NCBI GenBank assembly: GCA_963773605.1
Contig: CAVZBT010000010.1
Span: forward strand, 281,608-345,607
Reading direction: 5' to 3'
Length of the DNA: 64,000 nucleotides
Source of the DNA: an uncultured Acidobacteriota bacterium
Lineage (GTDB): Bacteria > Acidobacteriota > UBA6911
In this document: in pieces, positions 56,387 through 64,000 of the stretch
Position numbering within the stretch: the stretch's first letter is position 1
Layout of the letters: each line of letters begins with the position of its first letter
The notes under the pieces: model-generated
Database searches by the model: none
Seen by the model: the letters and a program-made list of their open reading frames with translations, nothing else
Told to the model about the DNA's origin: nothing
Position numbers and translations under genes: made by a program

Positions 56387-56745
56387 GTTACCCGCCTCTC
56401 CTTGGGTCGCTTTGCTCCGTGAATCGCTGGCTGACTCCGGTTTGGTCTCGCGGCGGACCGGGGACTGTTCGCCCCCGCCCTATCGAAGAGATCCCCAAAA
56501 GCCTCGAGACGAGTTCGCCGCCAGTAGACGACCGAGGCCCCGCTGACTGTTTTGGTCCTCGAAGTACGGCCCGCACGACGTTCCGGATATCTTGATTGAA
56601 GCGCGTCACGATCTTTGATGGATTAGACCTGCATTTTTCACAGTAAATTCGCCTGACGGAAGTCATCGAGACAATTCGCTGTTCTGGAGTGATTGGCGGA
56701 GGCTTGCCTGGACGTGTCCACTTGGCCAGGGGGTGCGATCCGCCT

Positions 56746-57078
56746 CTAAGCTGCCGGGGCCGACTTCTGAGGTGAGAGTAGCCGGATCAGATCCGATCTT
56801 GACGTGCCAAGAGCCAGAAGGGACCGAACGAGAAGGTCGAGGGATACCGAGCGTTCGCCGGCTTCCATTTTGGCGACACGTGACTGGCTGGAATTAATAG
56901 CCTTGGCGATCTCAGCTTGAGTCATTCGGCGCCGCAGTCTCTGGCTACGCAAGCCTTCGGCAAGCCTGAGCTTGATCTCGAGATAAGCTTCCTCCTGCGA
57001 CGAGAGTCCAAGAAAGTCTTTCGCGCTTCCAACCTTCCATCCTTTGGCCTCAAGGCGCTTTCTCTTTCTGTCACGCAT
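56746..57078 (-). CDS. XRE-family HTH antitoxin (HigA-like)
   Basis: 110 aa. HTH MTQAEIAKAINSSQSRVAKMEAG. Located downstream of and overlapping (8 nt) a RelE/HigB-like toxin ORF. Confidence 0.8.
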   Translation of the reverse strand: MRDRKRKRLEAKGWKVGSAKDFLGLSSQEEAYLEIKLRLAEGLRSQRLRRRMTQAEIAKAINSSQSRVAKMEAGERSVSLDLLVRSLLALGTSRSDLIRLLSPQKSAPAA

Positions 57079-57277
57079 CGTCGTACTCCCGCAATCTCTT
57101 TTTTGACCGGACGATCACGGATTGCGGCGTGGTCCTGGATTTCTTGCTGAAGACATCCACGATCACTATCGCATCGGGATCGGCCCTGTAAATGATGCGC
57201 CACGTCACGTCCGCATCGAGGACCCTCAATTCGTGACACTGTTCGCCGATGGCCGGCATCGGCCGCGAATGCGGCAT
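57071..57277 (-). CDS. RelE/HigB (Gp49-like) toxin, apparently 5'-truncated
   Basis: ...MPHSRPMPAIGEQCHELRV......WRIIYRADPDAIVIVDVFSKKSRTTP matches Gp49-like toxins. In-frame homology (DARLEAGFLLRKLQGGQSLV) continues upstream to a stop at 57359-57361 with no start codon. About 25 N-terminal residues are missing. Confidence 0.6.
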   Translation of the reverse strand: MPHSRPMPAIGEQCHELRVLDADVTWRIIYRADPDAIVIVDVFSKKSRTTPQSVIVRSKKRLREYDDA

Positions 57278-57442
57278 TACCAGCGACTGTCCGCCCTGAA
57301 GCTTCCTGAGCAGGAAACCCGCTTCAAGCCGTGCATCCCTGGAACACGGGAGGGGACTTCACCTCGGCGTGCATCCATACCAGCGGCTTGTCATTGGGGG
57401 GCACGCATGGAATTCTATGTCAGATCCGACATATTTACAAGC

Positions 57443-57795
57443 TGTGCCTACCACAAACTCCGTAGTACTGAAATGGTTGCCGTTGCGGGTTCGCCCTGCT
57501 ACCGTCCCGGGCCATGTCCGCTGTCCTGATATCGCTGCTCGCCGGACTGACCTCCCCGCTTCGGACACGAACCTCGCTGCAGGTTTGAGATCCCGGCACT
57601 CCGCCACCAGCTCGCCGTTCTCCAGAGGACGAGGAGAAGACGAGTTCGGCTTCGGGCCACGGACCGGCTCCTGTGGGTTGCCCGGCGGCAAAGTTCCTAT
57701 CCGAGCCCCAGATCTGGCATCATGCAGGCGACTGTGACCACCGCGGTGCCGGCGCTGGTCAACAAAGCTTCGGCAGTGTCGGTCTTGAAGGCCTC
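57443..57795 (+). mobile_element. 5' remnant of an rve-integrase-type IS element (copy 3 of 3), with in-frame stop and frameshifts
   Basis: TGTGCCTACCACAAACTCCGTAGTACTGAAATGGTTG left end. Encodes MSAVLISLLAGLTSPLRTRTSLQV* then EIPALRHQLAVLQRTRRRRVRLRATDRLLWV. Ends exactly at the tamB stop. Confidence 0.55.
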
Positions 57796-60700
57796 TCAAA
57801 ATTTTCTTCGCGATTTGATTTGGACGGAATAGCCGCCGTTTTGATCGCGTAGTGCGCTGAGGGCATACTTTCTGGTCACCTGGTATTCCACTTGAACCAA
57901 GGCGTCTTGAGTTGAAGTGACGTCGGTGGCAAAGGTAAAAAAGAGCTTCTTGGTCACGCGTTGCTGTAAAGCCAAGCGTGCCCCGGGGTTGCTGCCGGTT
58001 CCTCCGATCTGCGGATCGATGGTCAAGGCGGAGAAGCCCGCCAGCTTTTCCACGCGGCTGCTGACCTGGCCTGCGAGCTGCCCCGCCAGCACCGATTGCG
58101 GCGTTGTCGCATTCGCCGTAGCGGCCTCGGTCGGGCGTCCCGTGACCAACATGTTGATGACATCCACCGGAGGTAGGGGCGGGTCGGAAGTGTAGGTAGT
58201 GCGCATGCGATCGATTGGACCTGTGAACCTCAGGTTCAGATTATATTGGTTCACCGTTGTCGTGACCGCCAGATTCACAACCGGCTCGGTGCGGACGGGA
58301 TTGGCGAACTGGATGACCCCATTTTGAATTTCATATCGCCGGCCGTTGAAGAACAGTTCTCCACTCCGGATCTCGCTTCGGCCGAGGATGACCGGTTCCG
58401 CCAATGTCCCTGCCACGCGGAGGTCGGCGGCGCCTGTCACGTTCAGTTTGCTGCTCGACAGGTCCATTTCACGGGTCGATCTTAGCCCCAGGTTGAGCTT
58501 GATATTCTCCGCCATGCCCGCATTGGGCGGCGTCGGTGGCCCGGTGAATTGATCCATAAACGTCGCCAGATCGAATGATCGGGTGAACGATACGCTGTTC
58601 AGCAGGATCTGCCCGCCCAGCACAGCCGAGTCGGGCGTTCCATTCAAAGTCAGATCTCCATTGAGAACTGCCCTTACTCCCTCCGGATAGCGCAGGCGAA
58701 CCCTTCTGGCCTGCAGCGCCACATCGAAACGCACCGGCTGATATGTGGCAGAGCCGGTGCCCGTGATCGCGCCACCACCGCTCTCAGCGTTTAGAGCTCT
58801 GATGGTGATACGTTCCCCCTCCAGTGCCACTTCGGCATTGACCTTATGCAGGCCCAATGGCGTATCGGGCTGCTCAAAAGATCCATCCACCACGCGAACC
58901 GTTCCGCGAATCTCCGGGTGCGCGCGCGAACCTTGGGCAGTTATGTCTAGCTTCAGCTGACCGGCAGTGTCCGCTTCCGGAAGCACCATCTTAATGATGT
59001 GCAGATCGACCGCGCCCGAAGCCGCTGCTCGCAGACTCCCGTCGCCGATCACCGGAACAACTGCTTGTAGTTGCAGATCGGTCCCGGTGCCTGTGAGATT
59101 GGCGCGAGGCAGCGTAACCGTTCCTCCGCGATAATCAACATGAATGGGCTCTGCGCTCGAGAGCTGAATCGATTGATAAGCCAGGCTCAAGCTCGGGATC
59201 TCGGCGTGCGCCTCCACTTGCCGGGGCTCCTTCAACGGGCCCCTCAAGGAGGCATGCAGCTCCGCCTGGCCTCGAAAGTCCTGGTCCCGGCCGTGCAGAT
59301 ATGTGGCCATCAGAGGGCCGAGGTCAATGGTCCGCGTGTCTATATTCGCGGTGGCGTCATACGGGGGATTCACGTTCACGGTTCCGCGCGCCGTCAGGCT
59401 GACACCCGAGACCGTGGAATCCACAGTAAAGTTGGCCTGCTGGTTCGCCACTGTCGCGTGGGCCTTTAACCCATCGAGATTTTGTTCGCCATATTGGAGC
59501 TTCGGAGCTTCGACAGTGGCATCCAATTGCGGTGCTTTCAGCGTGCCCCGGCCTCTCGCCGAAGCCTTGACGAGCCCGCTTACCGGAAGATTGCGGGCGA
59601 GGACCGGCTGAAGTTTTTCGAGCTGTACGCCCGGAAATTCCGCCTGGACCTCATATCCTTCCTCACTAGGATAGTAGATGATCCTTGCGCTGCCGGATCC
59701 CGCCGCGGTACGGACATTCAAGGTGGAGTTTATCGCGTTTCCAGTCCCCTGAAATTGCACCGAGAGGTCTTCAATAGGTTGGTCCCAGGCGCTCCCCTGT
59801 AACAAGCGGATCGATCCCTGCCCCGCTGGCTTGGCTTGCGATCCCTGGAAAAACACGTCGGCGGAAAGCACGCCAGTAATCGGATATTCCATCTTCGCCA
59901 AAAGCAGGACATCAGCCACCGGGACATTCTTTCCGGTCAGCCGCAGAGTGACCGGATTCTGCGGCTGGTAACTCCAGTCGGTCAGACCAACCGCAGCGTC
60001 AAACCGAACGCTTCCTTGCGAACTCATCTGAAGTTGCCCTTGCTGCAGAGCAACTCCCGACGGGCTGGCGTCAATTATCGCGCGCACATTTCTCAGAGTC
60101 GTGCCGTGGTAGCTGACGTTCTCCCCGCTCAATTGGCCGGTGAGACGCGGCGCCTTTGTCGTGCCCTGAAGTTGGCCGCTAAAAGAGGCGGATCCCCCCA
60201 AGCCCAGCAGTTGCGGGCGCGCAGCGGCCGGTTTGTCGGCCTGTTGTTCGGCGGGAGTGCCCACGCCCGCAGCGGCCCCTGATGTTCCCTCTGCCGCCGC
60301 GCGCGGCAATAGCCATGGGCTTTGAGCGGGGCCCGCCGGCTGTGATGGTTCAGGCGCAGACCGAGTCCTGCCCGCGTGGGGTCTGCTCGCTTGCGATCGC
60401 GGTTCTGATAATCGAAAGACGGTCGCCAGCACATCGACCTCGTGTAGATCGTCCGAGTTCGCTTCTATCCGGACGCTGGATTGACCGGAAAGAGTCCCGT
60501 CCAGATTGACAGAAGTATGCGGGGTGCGAAGATAGGTACGCTGCAGCGACAAAATGTTTCTCGCGCCATCGTAGGCAAGATGCACGACTCCATTAACCGG
60601 GATTGCATTAGAACCGCCGGCAAGTTCCTGCTTCACCGGCTGCGAACCGGCCATCGTGGCATCGGAACGGACTTGAAGCGCTTGCATGCTGCCGTGCCAA

Positions 60701-61896
60701 TTTGCCTTCGCAGTGGCATTCAGGCGCCCGGTGATCCCCATGCCGTCCAGAGGCTTTGCCGCCAAGGCGGCGTTCGCCGCAGCCAAGGAAATGCCCCTCA
60801 AAGTTGCTTCGAGCGTACCCGCTTGCTTGCCGGCCAGATCCTGAACAGTGACTTCGGCCGCAACCTGACCGTCCATAACGTGCATCTTTAATCCATGAGC
60901 TAACAGATTCCCATGGTTCAAACTGTATTCTCCGCTGAGAGCGTCGATCACGGTCTGTGCTTCCGGAGAAGCAACGGCCAGCTTGGGGCTGCTAAGCTGC
61001 CCTTGAATGGCCAAGCCTTCCAAAAACGGCCGGCCGGGAATGGTCTGATAATGGATTTCGCCCTTCGTTGCGATCTCACCGGAAGGCAACGTCGGGATTT
61101 TCATGGTGTCCTTGAGCTCGGTAACGGAAAGCACCGCATCGTAGGAGCCGTCTATTGCCGGATTGCTGAAATCCCGCAGTTTTACCTGGGCTGTAATCCG
61201 GGAGGAACCACTGGTCACGCGTAGAGATGTTAGGGTCAGGACGGAAGGGCTGACGACAAAGTGTGCCTCAAGACCGTGCTGTAATGGTCGGTAGTCACCG
61301 TATTGAATCCGGCCGGCTCGATAATTGACGGTACCGCCGTACTCCCGGCTCGAGGAATTGAAGGAAACTCGAGACTCCAATCCGTGCAACTCGGCATCCA
61401 GAGGCGTCTGGCGATCCCGAAAATTAACCTCTCCCTGACTGATGGCAAAGTGACCGATCGCGAGATCGAAGATGTCGGTAGACTTACCCGTCTCTGGTGG
61501 CACGGGGAGATTCGTCCGCCCTTGCTCGTCTATCAGCAGATAAACTACCGGACGGTCCACCGCGATTTCCTGCAAATCGATTTTCTGTTTCCGGATGGAG
61601 ACAAGCTTCAGACCGATGCCGATGCGGTCGGCCCGGAAAAGAGGCGGCTGAGAATCGGGTTCTGTTCCATGTACGGTAATGCGATAAAGGTCGAGATAGA
61701 GCCCCGCCCACCGAAACTTGAAATCACCAACCTCCACGCGCCCTCCAATGGCGTTCTCGGCGCGCTCGACAGCTGTTGCGAGGAGATATCGGTGGAATCT
61801 CGCGCTACGCAACAGCAGGAAGGCGGAGCAAAGTAGCACCACCAACACCAGCGATGTTGCTAAGACACTGCGGAAAGTCCGACGGTTTACATACAT
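57796..61896 (-). CDS. tamB: translocation and assembly module protein TamB (DUF490/AsmA-like)
   Basis: About 1366 aa. N-terminal anchor helix (VLATSLVLVVLLCSAFLLL). Long beta-rich body. C-terminal DUF490-like block (...LTIDPQIGG...LALQQRVTKKLFFTFATDV...YQVTRKYALSALRD). The ATG at 61896 follows a GGAGGA RBS. Confidence 0.85.
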   Translation of the reverse strand: MYVNRRTFRSVLATSLVLVVLLCSAFLLLRSARFHRYLLATAVERAENAIGGRVEVGDFKFRWAGLYLDLYRITVHGTEPDSQPPLFRADRIGIGLKLVSIRKQKIDLQEIAVDRPVVYLLIDEQGRTNLPVPPETGKSTDIFDLAIGHFAISQGEVNFRDRQTPLDAELHGLESRVSFNSSSREYGGTVNYRAGRIQYGDYRPLQHGLEAHFVVSPSVLTLTSLRVTSGSSRITAQVKLRDFSNPAIDGSYDAVLSVTELKDTMKIPTLPSGEIATKGEIHYQTIPGRPFLEGLAIQGQLSSPKLAVASPEAQTVIDALSGEYSLNHGNLLAHGLKMHVMDGQVAAEVTVQDLAGKQAGTLEATLRGISLAAANAALAAKPLDGMGITGRLNATAKANWHGSMQALQVRSDATMAGSQPVKQELAGGSNAIPVNGVVHLAYDGARNILSLQRTYLRTPHTSVNLDGTLSGQSSVRIEANSDDLHEVDVLATVFRLSEPRSQASRPHAGRTRSAPEPSQPAGPAQSPWLLPRAAAEGTSGAAAGVGTPAEQQADKPAAARPQLLGLGGSASFSGQLQGTTKAPRLTGQLSGENVSYHGTTLRNVRAIIDASPSGVALQQGQLQMSSQGSVRFDAAVGLTDWSYQPQNPVTLRLTGKNVPVADVLLLAKMEYPITGVLSADVFFQGSQAKPAGQGSIRLLQGSAWDQPIEDLSVQFQGTGNAINSTLNVRTAAGSGSARIIYYPSEEGYEVQAEFPGVQLEKLQPVLARNLPVSGLVKASARGRGTLKAPQLDATVEAPKLQYGEQNLDGLKAHATVANQQANFTVDSTVSGVSLTARGTVNVNPPYDATANIDTRTIDLGPLMATYLHGRDQDFRGQAELHASLRGPLKEPRQVEAHAEIPSLSLAYQSIQLSSAEPIHVDYRGGTVTLPRANLTGTGTDLQLQAVVPVIGDGSLRAAASGAVDLHIIKMVLPEADTAGQLKLDITAQGSRAHPEIRGTVRVVDGSFEQPDTPLGLHKVNAEVALEGERITIRALNAESGGGAITGTGSATYQPVRFDVALQARRVRLRYPEGVRAVLNGDLTLNGTPDSAVLGGQILLNSVSFTRSFDLATFMDQFTGPPTPPNAGMAENIKLNLGLRSTREMDLSSSKLNVTGAADLRVAGTLAEPVILGRSEIRSGELFFNGRRYEIQNGVIQFANPVRTEPVVNLAVTTTVNQYNLNLRFTGPIDRMRTTYTSDPPLPPVDVINMLVTGRPTEAATANATTPQSVLAGQLAGQVSSRVEKLAGFSALTIDPQIGGTGSNPGARLALQQRVTKKLFFTFATDVTSTQDALVQVEYQVTRKYALSALRDQNGGYSVQIKSRRKF

Positions 61897-61938
61897 GACT
61901 TCTGTCCTCCGTCGGGGGGCGCAGGGCACATCCTGCGG

Positions 61939-64000
61939 CTAGAAAGCCTGTCCGAGGGTGACAAAGATCTGGATCGATTTGACCCCGGGCGTGCGATTCA
62001 AATTATGACCGATGTCCAGGCGCACCGGGCCGACCGGCGTTTGATAGCGCAGGCCGAAGCCGACCGTATTGGTGTAATCCTTCAGGAAACGGCTGAACCC
62101 GATGCGGCGGTACACATTGCCTCCATCATAGAAAATAACCCCGCCGAGCCCTTTCACTGGGCCAATCGTTAACGGTATCGGAAAGCGGCCCTCTGAATTG
62201 AGAATCAAGAGCTGGCGGCCGCCCGCAGGGACGGTGACGTTCGCCGTGCAGGTTGAAGGGTCGTCCGCTTTGGTACAGAGAACCGCCGTCTGCTGCGGCC
62301 CCGCACCGTTCAATGGAAAGCCGCGCAAGCTGTCCGCACCTCCCGAGAAGAACTGCTCGCTGAATGGGACGTGGCTGCCGGCGAACGACTTCAAGAATCC
62401 CAGGCGGACATTGTTGGCCCAGACCATCCAGGGCGCAACCTCCCAGTAGTAGGACTTCTGCCCGAATAATCGGACGAAGCTATCGGTGGAGCCGAGGAAC
62501 TCAGGAATAATCCGGAGATCCAAAGTCTGGAAGACACCTTTGTGAGCGTCGAGAGGCTTATCGCGCGTGTCACGCGTGAATGAGACGGATGGGAACGAGG
62601 CCCGCACCGAAAGATCCTCCTCGGGTACGAAGTTCTTGATGAGGAGGTCCCTGAGCGAAGTCCGTTGAATGGTGTAGCGAAACTGCAACCGTGAGGTCCT
62701 GGCTTCGTTCAGGATCTTCTCCACCTGAAACGAGCCCAACTGGGTCCGTGCGCCGAAGAGCGGATTCTGCGTGTTGCGTTCAGTGGATAAGCTCCATAGG
62801 GCGTTCCAATTCAGCGATCCGCGAAATTGCGGGATCGTGTAGGTGAAGGTACCTTTCTGATAGAGTCGAGAAATGAGCGCAGAAACGGATGCCGTCTCGC
62901 CCCTTCCGAACAAGTTGGACCGGCTATAGTCGATCGAAGCGAGAGGACTGATGATGTTTTTCTCGATAATAGTGAATTGACTGGGCAAACCAACGGACGG
63001 GAGGCCCGGCAAAGAAACGATCCCCGACGAGAGGCTGCCGGCCCGCGCAGTTGATTGAAAGCCGAACCCGTAACCCAGGCTATTGCGCTTGCCTTCATGG
63101 ACCTTTACAACGACCTCTTCTTCTGTCTGATCTGTAATCGGCTTCAGGGGGGAAACGTCGGCCCAGTCGAAATCCCCCAGGTTGTAGAGCTTACTTTCCG
63201 ACTCCAGCAATTTCCCTTCTCCCAGCGGAGCCCCTGGCTGCACGGTGGTGTTGCGCCGAATGAAGCTCTCCTTGGTATGCTGAGCGCCGATGAAAGCCAC
63301 TTGACGGATAGCGGTCCGGGGGCCCTCTGCCACGATGTAAGTGACGGCGACGCGGTGAGGATTGTTTTGCACCGGAGTCACCGTCGAGCGAAACTTAACG
63401 TTCCTATAGCCCAGGTTCAGATAGTTCGCGACGATCTGATTACGGTCCGCGTTCAGCAGCGACAGCGAATAAGGCTGGCCGGCCGTCAGTTTCACGCCAT
63501 CCGGAGCGAGGGCGTCAACGGACTGAGTCTCATTTCCCTCGATGCGAAGCGAATCCACCAGGGTTTGGTCGCCCTCAACAACCTTGAAGGTCACATAAAG
63601 CTTCCGCTCGCGGTCGTCAATTCCGGGATCCACTTTAACGTCGCCAAACCCTGCATCGCGGTAGAATGCAGCCAGATTTCTCGAACTCCTGTTCACCAGG
63701 TCTTGGCTGAACTGGCCGCGTGACAGGAATCTCCCTTCTTTAACGACCACCTGGTCCTTCAGGTCCTTCTCACTGAAACGCTTATTACCGGTTACATCCA
63801 CATCTTCGACGCGATGCTTATTCCCCCGGTCAATCGCGTAGCCGACCGAAATCTGGTGGTCACGCTCGATCCGGGTCTCCACCTTTACATCGAAGTATCC
63901 CTTTTTTTGAAAATGATTGACGAGGTTTCGTTTCCCCTCTTCAACCAGGTCCTCGTCAAAAGCATTCTCTTCGTAAATGGGGATCAATTTTTGAAGTTGT
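61939..64000 (-). CDS. Omp85-family outer membrane protein assembly factor (BamA/TamA-like, multiple POTRA domains); 5' end beyond the window
   Basis: POTRA-like repeats (e.g. VDVTGNKRFSEKDLKDQV, IEGNETQSVDAL, VAFIGAQHTKESFIRR). C-terminal surface-antigen beta-barrel ending ...IFVTLGQAF. The reading frame stays open to the window edge. Confidence 0.85.
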   Translation of the reverse strand, partial: QLQKLIPIYEENAFDEDLVEEGKRNLVNHFQKKGYFDVKVETRIERDHQISVGYAIDRGNKHRVEDVDVTGNKRFSEKDLKDQVVVKEGRFLSRGQFSQDLVNRSSRNLAAFYRDAGFGDVKVDPGIDDRERKLYVTFKVVEGDQTLVDSLRIEGNETQSVDALAPDGVKLTAGQPYSLSLLNADRNQIVANYLNLGYRNVKFRSTVTPVQNNPHRVAVTYIVAEGPRTAIRQVAFIGAQHTKESFIRRNTTVQPGAPLGEGKLLESESKLYNLGDFDWADVSPLKPITDQTEEEVVVKVHEGKRNSLGYGFGFQSTARAGSLSSGIVSLPGLPSVGLPSQFTIIEKNIISPLASIDYSRSNLFGRGETASVSALISRLYQKGTFTYTIPQFRGSLNWNALWSLSTERNTQNPLFGARTQLGSFQVEKILNEARTSRLQFRYTIQRTSLRDLLIKNFVPEEDLSVRASFPSVSFTRDTRDKPLDAHKGVFQTLDLRIIPEFLGSTDSFVRLFGQKSYYWEVAPWMVWANNVRLGFLKSFAGSHVPFSEQFFSGGADSLRGFPLNGAGPQQTAVLCTKADDPSTCTANVTVPAGGRQLLILNSEGRFPIPLTIGPVKGLGGVIFYDGGNVYRRIGFSRFLKDYTNTVGFGLRYQTPVGPVRLDIGHNLNRTPGVKSIQIFVTLGQAF

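Noticed and set aside
56388-56666. 92-aa ORF upstream of the DUF1801 gene (MTSVRRIYCEKCRSNPSKIV...)
   Set aside because: Only the first 40 or so residues look protein-like; the rest is Gly/Arg/Pro-rich. No RBS or family resemblance, so it was left unannotated.

Overview
High-GC bacterial chromosomal window. Gene content suggests an Acidobacteriota-like soil bacterium (inference only): Tat-exported Gfo/Idh/MocA and xylose-isomerase-like TIM-barrel proteins, an ECF sigma coupled to a WD40 Ser/Thr kinase, PEGA and four-helix-bundle genes. I support about 45 protein-coding genes. Housekeeping: gpsA, ftsH, def, a cyclophilin PPIase, Hsp20, and TamB with an Omp85 partner. Carbohydrate and oxidoreductase functions: GH2, a GH140-like enzyme, a PQQ dehydrogenase, Gfo/Idh/MocA and TIM-barrel isomerase-like proteins. 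Also an Fbp-like ABC importer with an embedded ChrB-domain gene, an MFS transporter, and a HigBA-like toxin-antitoxin pair. The less ordinary content is mostly non-coding or degenerate. (1) An ORF-deleted class IIC group II intron is inserted 6 nt after a hairpin inside a tandem array of a composite palindromic repeat; other copies of that repeat are scattered through the window. (2) A second repeat family of GGAAGCC/GGCTTCC polypurine/polypyrimidine arms occurs once as an empty hairpin and once as inverted arms flanking a four-helix-bundle (23S-rRNA-IVS-type) gene. (3) Three same-orientation 5' remnants of one rve-integrase-type IS gene are present, plus an IS5-like remnant. (4) A compositionally mosaic stretch (about 36.8-46.6 kb) carries decayed genes, and at least five frameshift indels occur in otherwise intact-looking genes. 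(5) A roughly 1 kb structured non-coding gap lies upstream of ftsH and a DedA/YqaA gene; it has cobalamin-riboswitch-like motif order and an anti-RBS complement. No rRNA, tRNA or CRISPR array was recognised. All family assignments come from reading motifs by eye, not from database searches.
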